Shown here: piece after piece, positions 7,908-16,210 of the stretch
How positions within the stretch are numbered: the stretch's first letter is position 1
Layout of the letters: the number at the start of each line of letters is the position of its first letter
Assembly (NCBI GenBank): GCA_902770045.1
Contig: CACXRO010000014.1
Location: 27,516-91,515, forward strand
Source of the DNA: an uncultured bacterium
Lineage (GTDB): Bacteria > Verrucomicrobiota > Kiritimatiellia > RFP12 > UBA1067
Direction of reading: 5' to 3'
Length of the DNA stretch: 64,000 nucleotides
The notes under the pieces: model-generated
What the model was told of the DNA's origin: nothing
Database searches by the model: none
The model's input: only the letters and a program-made list of their open reading frames with translations
Translations under genes and position numbers: made by a program

Positions 7908-8843
7908 ATGATCTTCATATATACCTTCAGCCAGGACTCGACCACTGACATAGTATTGGAAGAACTAGGCAAAAACGATGTTCTACGATTGAATATCGAC
8001 AAAACAGAGAATTTCGCATGGGATTTTCACCGCTATGGATTTTACATCGTTGACAAGTCGAACAACAAGGAAATTTCCGACAAAACAATATCTTCTTTCT
8101 ACCTTCGCAAACCAATTTTTCTAGATAGTATCGACATACCAAGATTCGGATGTGTAGAAAACTGGCGTCGAGAGGAAACGAGCGAGTTGTTTCAGGACTT
8201 CTACCGCGAATGTCAGCATCGCGGACTCGTCACACTCGTTCGCTCTCAGGACAACAAATACGGCAAACTGCGGCAGCTCCTCGTCGCACAGAAATATTTC
8301 CGCGTCGCCAAGTGGCACTTCTTCCATGGCAAGCTGCCCGAAGAGTGCAAACGCGGCAGATGGGTGGTGAAGTCGATGACGCAAACGTCTATCGGGGAAA
8401 ACAAGGTTTTCTTCGTCAAAGAAGTCGATCCCGCCGCGCTGGACCTCTCCTATCCGTGGTTCGTGCAGGAGCGGATCGAGGGCGAAGAGGAAGTGACGGT
8501 AGTCTATGTCGACGGCAAGACCTACGCTGCAAGCGCGGCGCGTGAATCGTTCGGCGGAGAGGACTCGCGGAAGTCGCTGCTTGAGCATCCAGTTGCCTGG
8601 CCGCGATGCGAGCTGACGCCGGAGGAGGAGCGCGCGATACGCGGCTTCATGGATGAGACGGGCTACCGGTTCGGGCGCTTCGACTTCATCCGCAAGGACG
8701 GCGAGCTGTGGTTCCTGGAGCTGAACCCGAACGGACAGTGGGCGTGGCTCGACGAGAAGAACGAGCACGGGCTCGTCTCAATGGTAGCTGGCGCGATCAA
8801 GGCCGAAGACCGGACGCATCGGGCGCGTCCATCTCTTCTCTGA
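7908..8843 (+). CDS. MdnC/MvdD-type ATP-grasp macrocyclase (graspetide synthetase)
   Basis: The N-terminus MIFIYTFSQDSTTDIVLEEL...LRLNIDK and C-terminal FDFIRKDGELWFLELNPNGQWAWL resemble MdnC (VLIVTFSRDNESIPLV...; IFLEINPVGEFFWL) from memory. The first ~300 nt are AT-rich. Confidence 0.7.
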   Translation: MIFIYTFSQDSTTDIVLEELGKNDVLRLNIDKTENFAWDFHRYGFYIVDKSNNKEISDKTISSFYLRKPIFLDSIDIPRFGCVENWRREETSELFQDFYRECQHRGLVTLVRSQDNKYGKLRQLLVAQKYFRVAKWHFFHGKLPEECKRGRWVVKSMTQTSIGENKVFFVKEVDPAALDLSYPWFVQERIEGEEEVTVVYVDGKTYAASAARESFGGEDSRKSLLEHPVAWPRCELTPEEERAIRGFMDETGYRFGRFDFIRKDGELWFLELNPNGQWAWLDEKNEHGLVSMVAGAIKAEDRTHRARPSLL

Positions 8844-9411
8844 CCTTCGCGGCGGTTTCGCGCAGCTTCGCGGTGAGGCGGGCGCGGATCTGGTAGAGGT
8901 TGTCGCGCGAGAGGCCGTAGAGCTTCATCACCGCCTCGGTGTCCTGCCCATCAACCGTGCTCGCCACGAACGCCGCGTAGTGGTCGGGGCGGACTTCCGG
9001 CTTGATGCGGCGCAGCGCCTCCTCCAGCGCGGCGGCCTGCCATTCGCGCTCGGAGAATCCGTTGTCGTCGCCAGGCTTCGTCTCTAAGACGTCCTTCAGC
9101 GCGGCGTCGCGGTTCCTCTCCCGGAACTTGTCCTTGACGCGCCAGTGGACGAGCCCGGTCAGGTACGACCTGAACTTGCCCTTCGCGCGGTCGTACTGGA
9201 ACGTCGGGAGGTTCCGCGCGAGGTCGGAGAAGACGACCTGCAAGACGTCGTCCGCGTCATCCTCCGAGAGCCCCTTGGAGCGCGCGATGGAGAAGATAAA
9301 CCCCGCATAGAGGTCGAAGAGCCGCTGCCAGGCGGCCTGGTTGCCGGTGTCCGCGACCGCCCTGATTACGCTGGAGCGCGTCGCCTCATTATTGAAGTGT
9401 CTGTAGGTCAT
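8797..9411 (-). CDS. ECF-type RNA polymerase sigma-70 family factor
   Basis: Region 2-like DDADDVLQVVFSDLARNL and region 4-like YGLSRDNLYQIRARL are present. There is a 4-nt overlap with the upstream kinase gene, and a convergent 47-nt overlap with the ATP-grasp 3' end. Confidence 0.75.
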   Translation of the reverse strand: MTYRHFNNEATRSSVIRAVADTGNQAAWQRLFDLYAGFIFSIARSKGLSEDDADDVLQVVFSDLARNLPTFQYDRAKGKFRSYLTGLVHWRVKDKFRERNRDAALKDVLETKPGDDNGFSEREWQAAALEEALRRIKPEVRPDHYAAFVASTVDGQDTEAVMKLYGLSRDNLYQIRARLTAKLRETAAKVREEMDAPDASGLRP

Positions 9412-10544
9412 TTAGAATCGCTTTCGTCACTCTCGTTATCAGTGGACTTCGGCGCGAAGTCAGCTTGCAGCCTGGCAAGATGTTCCTTCTGCTCGTTTTT
9501 CATTTCCTCAAACTGCGTGGAAAGTTCCATGTCCAACTCCCCGCTCCTAATCCGCTGTAGATTCGGGTCGTTCTTAACAGCATCTTCAACCAGCGATTTT
9601 TTCACCTCCTGCACGGAGACCGAGCGTCCACTGGAGGCGACAAGAAACCAGATGGCACCAATGGCGGCCAACGCCAGAAGCGCAATTGCGACCTTGAACA
9701 GAGGAGAACCTACAACCACGATTCTGCGATTAAGGCTTTCGAAGTCCTTCAAGAGCGCCTTGGCAGACTGGTAGCGTCGGGATGGTGTTGGATCAGTTGC
9801 CTTGTTGAGGATACGCCACCAGGCGGGGAAGAACCTTGATCCCGTATCCGCCTCCAGCGCAGGGCCCTTGTCCAGATCCTCGATTTTCCGGCCAAAGCTC
9901 GCGGCCTTCAGAGTGAGGCCGAGGCTGTAGACGTCGCCGGAGGCGGCGGTGAAGCTCTCCGGCGGAACATAGCCGGGGGTGCCGACCAGCGATGCCGCCG
10001 CAGCTTCCTCGACTACAAGTCCGGGGTCGGAAAGAACAGGACGGCCGCCGACATAGATTATGTTCCCGGGCTTGATGTCGCGGTGCAGCAGATGGTGGCG
10101 CTGGAGCGCGGCAAGTCCCTTGGCGAGGGTGACGCCAAGCTTGACGCACTCGCCGAGCGGCAGCGCCTTTTCGCCGGCGATGACGCTGGCAAGCGTCTTG
10201 GGGCGATAACCGGCTGACGCTTCCTGTGGACCGCCGAATTCGTCGTCCGCAAGCTCCATAACGGCAAAGAAGCCCCACGGCTCCTCCGCCAGTTCCAGCA
10301 TCCGGACAAGCCCTTCCTGCGGAGGAATCGCCCGGTAGAGTTTTGCGCCGCGCAGCTCGCGCTCGAAGCGCTCATCGCCAATATCTTCGCAACGGCAGAC
10401 CTTGACCGCCACGCGTCCGCCGTCAGGCGCGGAGGCGAGATAGACCGTGCCGTACGCGCCGCGGCCGATCTCCTGCTGGAGCCCGTATTCCCCGCATTGA
10501 CGCGGAAGCTCCCCACCTCCATCATGTATCGTGTCGAAAAGCAT
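9408..10544 (-). CDS. Ser/Thr protein kinase with a C-terminal TM helix and an extracytoplasmic coiled-coil tail
   Basis: Motifs GRGAYGTVY, AVKV, HRDIKPGNI, SDPG and GTPGYVPPE are present. The TM helix is PLFKVAIALLALAAIGAIWFLVA. Confidence 0.85.
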   Translation of the reverse strand: MLFDTIHDGGGELPRQCGEYGLQQEIGRGAYGTVYLASAPDGGRVAVKVCRCEDIGDERFERELRGAKLYRAIPPQEGLVRMLELAEEPWGFFAVMELADDEFGGPQEASAGYRPKTLASVIAGEKALPLGECVKLGVTLAKGLAALQRHHLLHRDIKPGNIIYVGGRPVLSDPGLVVEEAAAASLVGTPGYVPPESFTAASGDVYSLGLTLKAASFGRKIEDLDKGPALEADTGSRFFPAWWRILNKATDPTPSRRYQSAKALLKDFESLNRRIVVVGSPLFKVAIALLALAAIGAIWFLVASSGRSVSVQEVKKSLVEDAVKNDPNLQRIRSGELDMELSTQFEEMKNEQKEHLARLQADFAPKSTDNESDESDSK

Positions 10545-10551
10545 ATGACGT

Positions 10552-10560
10552 ATTATACCA
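10552..10560 (-). promoter_or_regulatory. extended -10 TGGTATAAT, 7 nt from the kinase ATG (leaderless configuration)
   Basis: Minus strand reads aaaataTGGTATAATACGTCATATG, with the ATG at 10544. Confidence 0.6.
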
Positions 10561-10647
10561 TATTTTTGTCGCGGTCCACGACCGACTTTGGCGGCACGGG
10601 GACAGTCCCCACAAATCCGAGGGGTCTGTCCTATGTTCTCTGCCGCA

Positions 10648-12867
10648 CTAGAGCAGATGCACGGCGAAGCCGCTTACGGGCAGACGGGTGATCTTCAGGA
10701 ATCCGGCATTCGTGGCGTTGTCGTACTCGGCCTTCACCCAATCCGCCGACGCGACGCCGGAGCGGATGCGGATCTCGTCGATCTCGCCCTGGAAGTTGCC
10801 TGTGTCTCCCGGCTGCGCGTTGGTGAATCCGCCGAGCCCGAAGACCGTCCGCGAGGTGCTCAGCGTATCCAGCTGATGATAGTCGCTGCTGTCCTGGGGT
10901 ATGAGGACGCCGTCCAGGTAGGTCTTGGAAGACGTGCTTTGGTAGACGCCGGTCACGAACTGCCAGGTGTCCTTCTTGCAACGAGACTTCGCCTTCGTCT
11001 GCTCGTCGGTGTCGCCAGCCGCCGCCTTCTGGAACGGCAGGTACTTGGCCAGATCGCTGTTGTTTGTGTCACCCATCACAAAGCCCTGTTTCCAGTTGAA
11101 GAAGATATTGGCGGCTTGGTTGTTCGTGCCGCAGGTCCAGATGCGTCCGCTGCCGGAGGCGCAATCCCAGCGACTGGCCGGATATCGGCTCCAGCAGGAG
11201 ACGGAGAACGGCTGGGAGAAGACATAGCCCGCCCCCTGCGCCAGCAGCGGATAGTCGCCGTAGATGCCGGCCGCGGAACCCTGCGCGCCGGCGACAACCG
11301 TCGGAGCAGTCCCGACCGGCTTGGCGGGATAGTTCGTCGAGACCGAGTTGGCATAGCCGCCGATAGTCGAGTCGTAGCGGTCGAGGTGCCAGACGAACTT
11401 GTATCCAGCCGCCGTCCAGACGGCGGAAGCTGGCATCGGCGGCAGTACGGCCGACGGGTTCTTCTTGTGCCAACGCATCGTCACCACCGTGTCGCGCGAA
11501 AGGCGCGGGACGCTCACGTAGAGCACGGACTCGCCCACCTGGTTCCACGAGGCGACTTCGTGGAAGAGCTGCAAGTCGTCTGCGTCGAAGAAGCGGACGT
11601 CCGAGCCGTCCACCGCCGCGTCGGCGTATGAGAAGCCGTACTTGTTGCTCGCCGTCAGCTTCACCATCAGCGGGAAATTCGTCAGCACCACGCCCGCAGC
11701 GAGGTTGGTGGCCGCGATTGTGCAGCCCCTGCTTAGGCTGGAAGGCTGCGCCATCGGAACGACGAAGCCCGGCTGCAGAGTGGCGTATTCCGCGGCGACC
11801 CATTCGTCGGACGAAGCGACGTTGCGGATGCGGGCCTCGTCGATATAGCCGTTCAACGAATAACTGCCATCTGTGAAGCAACCGAGACCGATACCCTTTG
11901 TGGGCTTGTGGCTGGTATAATTGGCGGGGTTGCCGCCGGCGCTGCCGGTCAAGTTCACCCCGTCGGCGAAGATGAACGTCTTCTGGGTGCTGCCGCGGCC
12001 GAAGACAGCCGCAGCACAGACCCAGCCGGTGGATCCCGCAGGATTGGCCTTGTTGTGGTAGCTGTTGCCGCCCATGCAGTAGATGTCGTCGCTGCCAACC
12101 GAGATGTTGGCCATCTGGCTGTAGGTGGCCCCGGTGGTAATGATGCGGCTGTAGCTTGCCGTCTGCCGCGCGTTGACGATGGCGGAGAACACGAAGCCAG
12201 GGCCGTTGAGCGTCGTCGACGAGGTTACACCCGCCGGCACGAGAAAGCCGCCTTTTACGTAGTGTGCCTTCCCGGCTCCGCAGGCGATGTTCATCGCCGT
12301 GCCGGTGAGCGGCGTCGGATGCGCGGTGACGGTGGGAGCGTTGTTCGTTGGGACTGGATAGTTGGCGTCGTCCTCGTCTTGCTTGTAGGCGTGCCAGCCC
12401 TTCCCGGAGGCATCAGGGGTGTAGTGCTTGCCTTCACCATCCTCGAGGATCACGTTCATGTGCCAAACGGCGTAATAGCCGGCGCGGGACCAGACATTGG
12501 TCGAATCCGGAGAGACTGGCGCCTCCACCGAGTTGGCCGAACAGTGCATTGTGATCGTCGCAGTCGTGGAGAGCGACGGCACGGAAACCCAGACGAGAGA
12601 CTCGCCGGTCGTGTCCCAGGTATCGACGTCGAAGGGAAGCGTTTCGTCGTTCCTGTCGGTGAACCAGAGGCAGCTGGCAGTCGGACATTCCGCATAGGAG
12701 AAGCCGTCCAGCGCGGCCGGGGAGATGCGCACGAGCACCGGGAAGTTCTCAAGCTCGGTCGATGATGCGCTGGGGAACGATAGTTCGCATTTGTATTCCG
12801 CGAGCGCGCCCAGCGCGACGGCGGCACAAACAACACCACACGCAAGTTTCTTGACCATGTTCATCAT
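10648..12867 (-). CDS. secreted 2x(DUF2341 + LamG/concanavalin-like) protein
   Basis: The true start MMNMVKKLACGVVCAAVALGALA (ATG 12867) is preceded by AGGAGGaaaa. ELENFPVLVRISPAALDGFSY... and VLTNFPLMVKLTASNKYGFSY... match the DUF2341 pattern. The track ORF start 12996 is an extension. Confidence 0.6.
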   Translation of the reverse strand: MMNMVKKLACGVVCAAVALGALAEYKCELSFPSASSTELENFPVLVRISPAALDGFSYAECPTASCLWFTDRNDETLPFDVDTWDTTGESLVWVSVPSLSTTATITMHCSANSVEAPVSPDSTNVWSRAGYYAVWHMNVILEDGEGKHYTPDASGKGWHAYKQDEDDANYPVPTNNAPTVTAHPTPLTGTAMNIACGAGKAHYVKGGFLVPAGVTSSTTLNGPGFVFSAIVNARQTASYSRIITTGATYSQMANISVGSDDIYCMGGNSYHNKANPAGSTGWVCAAAVFGRGSTQKTFIFADGVNLTGSAGGNPANYTSHKPTKGIGLGCFTDGSYSLNGYIDEARIRNVASSDEWVAAEYATLQPGFVVPMAQPSSLSRGCTIAATNLAAGVVLTNFPLMVKLTASNKYGFSYADAAVDGSDVRFFDADDLQLFHEVASWNQVGESVLYVSVPRLSRDTVVTMRWHKKNPSAVLPPMPASAVWTAAGYKFVWHLDRYDSTIGGYANSVSTNYPAKPVGTAPTVVAGAQGSAAGIYGDYPLLAQGAGYVFSQPFSVSCWSRYPASRWDCASGSGRIWTCGTNNQAANIFFNWKQGFVMGDTNNSDLAKYLPFQKAAAGDTDEQTKAKSRCKKDTWQFVTGVYQSTSSKTYLDGVLIPQDSSDYHQLDTLSTSRTVFGLGGFTNAQPGDTGNFQGEIDEIRIRSGVASADWVKAEYDNATNAGFLKITRLPVSGFAVHLL

Positions 12868-13072
12868 TTTTCCTCCTGATAAATTTAGATGCCGACTACC
12901 GACAGCGCTAGCGCTGGCAGCGCCAAAGCCGCGCAGATTGAGAACACCGGCCTGCGAGTTTCCATGATTCAACCCTCCTTGGGTTTGACTGCGCATATTC
13001 TAACAAACCGCGCAGAAAATCGCAATGGTCAAGCGCTCATTTTGCGCAGAAATATTCGCTCATAATGCGAAA

Positions 13073-14221
13073 CTACCTGCGACGCCCAAGAAGCCCGACC
13101 ATATAGGTCTGAGGAGAAACTCCGGCAATGGCCTTGAATACGCGGCGGAAGGTCGCGGACGAGGCAAAGCCGCAGCGGAGGTGGAGGTCTCCGATCTTGG
13201 CCTTGCCGTCCGCCATTATCTTCTTGGCGTGCTCCACGCGGGAAGAGTGGATCTCGTCGAGGATCGTGCTGTGCAGATACTGCCGGAACCGGAGTTCGGC
13301 GGCGCGGCGCGAGCATCCCATGGCGGCGACGACGTCTTCCACTGACAGCCCATCCGCCGCCTGCTTTCTGATCAGCTCAAGCGCGAGGTCGATGTTGCCG
13401 CCCTTGGCCGTGACGCGGCGCGTGGACTGGCGGCGCGTGATCTCCCGCGCCTCCAGCGTCTTGACGACGCCCTTGAGCCTAGGGTTCCTGAGCTTGGCGA
13501 CGAGCAGATCAGCAGCGGCCCGTCCCTCGGCAGCGAAGAACGGCCTGACGCTCGTCAGCGTCGGCGTCAGCGACTCGCAGTACACCTCAACGTCGTCGAC
13601 TCCGACGACAGCAATGTCGCCGGGGACGGCAATTCCAAGCCGCGAGGCAGCGGAGATGACATCCGCCGCGACTACGTCGTTGGAGCAGAACACGCCGGCG
13701 GGGCGCGGCAGGGATGAGAGAAAGGCCGGCAGACGGGAAGACCACCACCGCCTGCGCGTCTCGCCGAATTCGCGGTAGGGGCGGCAGTTAAGCTCGACCG
13801 ATTCCTTGAACGCATCGCGCCTCCCCTTTGCCCAGAACTGAGGGTCGGGCCTGTCGATGAACGCATACGACTCCAGATCGTGCCGTAGGAGCTCCTTCGC
13901 GGCGATCAAGCCGACCGAGCGCGCGTCCTGCATCACGCAAAGAGAACAGTCAGGCAATGTTGCGGGATCGCGGTCGAGCCAGACGGTAGGGATGTCGCCG
14001 AAGTCCTCCGGCGTGAAGCAGTTGCCGCGGAGTCCGCAGTGAATGATGCAGCCGTCAGGCGACCAGAATCCGAGGAGCCTCCTGAGCGCCTTGCGCGAAT
14101 TGACGTCGCCGGCGATGTGGACGTTGCAGCCGTGGTGTTCGCGAAGCGACACTATGCCCGAGAGCAGGTCGGATAGGTCCATAGGCGCGTAGGACGAAAG
14201 AAATAGTATCTCGCGCTTCAT
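13073..14221 (-). CDS. XylR-like regulator (periplasmic-binding-protein-like sensor domain plus C-terminal AraC HTH)
   Basis: The C-terminus ...LSVEDVVAAMGCSRRAAELRFRQYLHSTILDEI...LHLRCGFASSATFRRVFKAIAGVSPQTY is a typical AraC-type HTH pair. Confidence 0.7.
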   Translation of the reverse strand: MKREILFLSSYAPMDLSDLLSGIVSLREHHGCNVHIAGDVNSRKALRRLLGFWSPDGCIIHCGLRGNCFTPEDFGDIPTVWLDRDPATLPDCSLCVMQDARSVGLIAAKELLRHDLESYAFIDRPDPQFWAKGRRDAFKESVELNCRPYREFGETRRRWWSSRLPAFLSSLPRPAGVFCSNDVVAADVISAASRLGIAVPGDIAVVGVDDVEVYCESLTPTLTSVRPFFAAEGRAAADLLVAKLRNPRLKGVVKTLEAREITRRQSTRRVTAKGGNIDLALELIRKQAADGLSVEDVVAAMGCSRRAAELRFRQYLHSTILDEIHSSRVEHAKKIMADGKAKIGDLHLRCGFASSATFRRVFKAIAGVSPQTYMVGLLGRRR

Positions 14222-14240
14222 CGGACCTGCGCCTGACCGC

Positions 14241-15041
14241 TCAGGCGTAGAAGTTGCCCAGGGCGCGGAGCTTCGAATAGCGCTCCTCGACCAGCTGGTC
14301 GACGGGGACCTTCGCCAGTTCCTTGAGCGCCTTGAGGACCGCCTTCTTCACGTTCGCCGCGGCGGCGGCGTGGTTCGTCTGGGCGCCGCCGGCGGGCTCG
14401 GGCACGATCTCGTCGATCGCCTTGAGCCGCTTGAGGTCGCGGGCGGTGATCTTGAGCGCCTTCGCGGCCTCCGGGGCCTTGGATCCGTCGCGCCAGAGGA
14501 TGCCGGCGCAGCCCTCGGGGGAAATCACCGAGTAGACGGCGTTCTCGAGCATCAGCACGCGGTCGCCGACGGCAATCGCGAGCGCGCCGCCGGAGCCGCC
14601 TTCGCCGGTGACGACGACAACCACCGGAGTGCGGAGACGGGCGAAGAACTCGAGTGACTTCGCGATCGCCTCGGCCTGGCCGCGCTCCTCGGCCTCGCGG
14701 CCGGGATAGGCGCCGGGGGTGTCCACGAAGGTGACGACGGGCAGGTGGAACTTCTCGGCGAGCTTCGCGAGCCGCATCGCCTTGCGGTAGCCGTCGGGGT
14801 TGGCCATGCCGAAGTTGGCCTCCATGTTCTCCTCGACCGTCGCGCCCTTGTTGTGGCCGAGGACGAGGCACTTGACGCCGCCGATCGTGGCGAAGCCGCC
14901 CACGAGGGCGCGGTCGTCGTTGACGAGCCGGTCGCCGTGGAGCTCCGTGAAGTCGGAGCAGATGCGCGCGATGAAGTCCTTGAGGTGCGGCCGCTTCGGG
15001 TCGCGCGCGAGCTTCACGCAGTCCATTGCACTCTTAGCCAT
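14241..15041 (-). CDS. accA: acetyl-CoA carboxylase carboxyltransferase alpha subunit
   Basis: Contains ...LHGDRLVNDDRALVGGFATIGG...VTFVDTPGAYPGREAEERGQAEAIA. AGGAG precedes the ATG. Confidence 0.85.
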   Translation of the reverse strand: MAKSAMDCVKLARDPKRPHLKDFIARICSDFTELHGDRLVNDDRALVGGFATIGGVKCLVLGHNKGATVEENMEANFGMANPDGYRKAMRLAKLAEKFHLPVVTFVDTPGAYPGREAEERGQAEAIAKSLEFFARLRTPVVVVVTGEGGSGGALAIAVGDRVLMLENAVYSVISPEGCAGILWRDGSKAPEAAKALKITARDLKRLKAIDEIVPEPAGGAQTNHAAAAANVKKAVLKALKELAKVPVDQLVEERYSKLRALGNFYA

Positions 15042-15056
15042 AGCGAGATCTCCTAA

Positions 15057-15887
15057 CTAGAATCCCCAGTAGCCGAGCATCTTGGCGATGAAGCCCTTCA
15101 TCTCCTTGCGCTCGACGATCTTGTCGATGAAGCCGTGCTTCTCCAGGTACTCGGCGCTCTGGAAGTCGTCCGGCAGCTTCTGGTGGATGGTGTTCTCGAT
15201 CACCCTGCGCCCGGCGAATCCGATGAGCGCCCTGGGCTCGGTTATGTTGATGTCGCCGAGCATCGCGAACGAGGCGGAGACGCCGCCGGTGGTGGGATCG
15301 GTGAGCACCGAGATGTAGGGGAGCCCCGCCTCCTTGAGCTTCGCGATCGCGGCGGAGGTCTTGGCCATCTGCATGAGCGAGAGGATGCCCTCCTGCATCC
15401 GCGCGCCGCCGGAGGCGCAGAAGAGGACGAGCGGCAGCCGCTCCGCGACGGCGCGCTCGCAGGCGCGGGCGATGCGCTCGCCGGTACCGGTGCCGAGCGA
15501 CCCGCCCATGAACGCGAAGTCCATCACCCCGAGCATCGCGGGATGGCCGTCGATGCGGCAGACGCCCATCACCACCGACTCCCTCTCGCCGCTCTTGGCG
15601 ATCGCGGCCTCGACCTTGTCGCGGTAGGAGCCGGACGCGTCGCGGAACTCGAGGTGGTCTGAGTAGCTGACCTCGCGGAACACCTCGCTGAAAGAGCCTT
15701 CGTCGGCGACGAGCGCGATGCGCGCGCGCACCGGCAGCCGGCCGTGGTAGTTGCACTTGGGGCAGATGCCGCCGGCCTTCTTCCAGGCGGCCTTGCCGAA
15801 GTGGCTCTTGCACTTCGGGCACACCGCCCAGACCGCCTTCTCCGGCGGGATTGCGGGCTTCTCGGTCTTGGGGACGAACCAGGACAT
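15057..15887 (-). CDS. accD: acetyl-CoA carboxylase carboxyltransferase beta subunit (Zn-ribbon N-terminus)
   Basis: CPKCKSH...CPKCNYH is followed by MGGSLG and SGGARMQEG motifs. Confidence 0.85.
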   Translation of the reverse strand: MSWFVPKTEKPAIPPEKAVWAVCPKCKSHFGKAAWKKAGGICPKCNYHGRLPVRARIALVADEGSFSEVFREVSYSDHLEFRDASGSYRDKVEAAIAKSGERESVVMGVCRIDGHPAMLGVMDFAFMGGSLGTGTGERIARACERAVAERLPLVLFCASGGARMQEGILSLMQMAKTSAAIAKLKEAGLPYISVLTDPTTGGVSASFAMLGDINITEPRALIGFAGRRVIENTIHQKLPDDFQSAEYLEKHGFIDKIVERKEMKGFIAKMLGYWGF

Positions 15888-15909
15888 CGCATTCCTCCTT
15901 GGGTTTAGA

Positions 15910-16200
15910 TCAGCTTTCGGCTCCCTCGACGATCTTGGGGAGCAGGAACTCGTCGCCGGTGCGCGCCGGCGCGTTGGCGAGCGCGGTCTCGGCGGGGAGC
16001 GACTCCCCGACCACGTCCTCGCGGAAGACGTTGACGAGCTCGCGCCCGTGCATCATCGGCGGGACGCCCTCGACGTCGACGGAAGAGATCTTGTCCACGT
16101 ACTCGACGATGCTCTCGAGCTGCGGCTGGAAAGTCGCCTTCTCCTCCTCGGTGAGCTCCAGCCGCGCGAGCTCGGCGACGTAGGAAACGTCGATCTTCAT
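15910..16200 (-). CDS. gatC: Asp/Glu-tRNA amidotransferase subunit C
   Basis: MKIDVSYVAELARLELTEEEKATFQPQLESIVEYVDKI... I prefer ATG 16200 (GAGGGAG upstream) over the track's GTG 16206. Confidence 0.8.
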   Translation of the reverse strand: MKIDVSYVAELARLELTEEEKATFQPQLESIVEYVDKISSVDVEGVPPMMHGRELVNVFREDVVGESLPAETALANAPARTGDEFLLPKIVEGAES

Positions 16201-16210
16201 CGCCACTCCC

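Noticed and set aside
8797-8843. A 47-nt convergent overlap of the ATP-grasp and sigma-factor genes as a sign of mis-annotation or frameshift
   Set aside because: Both ORFs read through with family-typical sequence almost to their ends. The ATP-grasp tail (…EDRTHRARPSLL) may be slightly over-extended, but nothing indicates a frameshift.
2793-8843. A mobile genetic element (integrative island, transposon) carrying the TA and RiPP genes
   Set aside because: No integrase, transposase, recombinase, terminal inverted repeats or tRNA-adjacent att site lies in or next to the region. Only the direct repeats around hipBA and the compositional shifts support horizontal origin, so I report it as an accessory patch and not as a mobile element.
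10598-10612. Palindrome GGGGACAGTCCCC after the LamG gene as an intrinsic terminator
   Set aside because: The loop would be only 1-3 nt, the stem 4-5 bp, and there is no U-tract. It is too weak to call.
10648-12996. N-terminal extensions of track ORFs (also 16211..17623, 18019..21837, 27279..28166, 31098..32831, 40821..42206, 49393..51213, 51654..53450, 52721..54385, 62762..63775)
   Set aside because: The upstream parts are Arg/Pro/Gly-rich and overlap the preceding gene. Clear internal starts with signal peptides, SD sequences or stop-start overlaps give proteins of normal family length.
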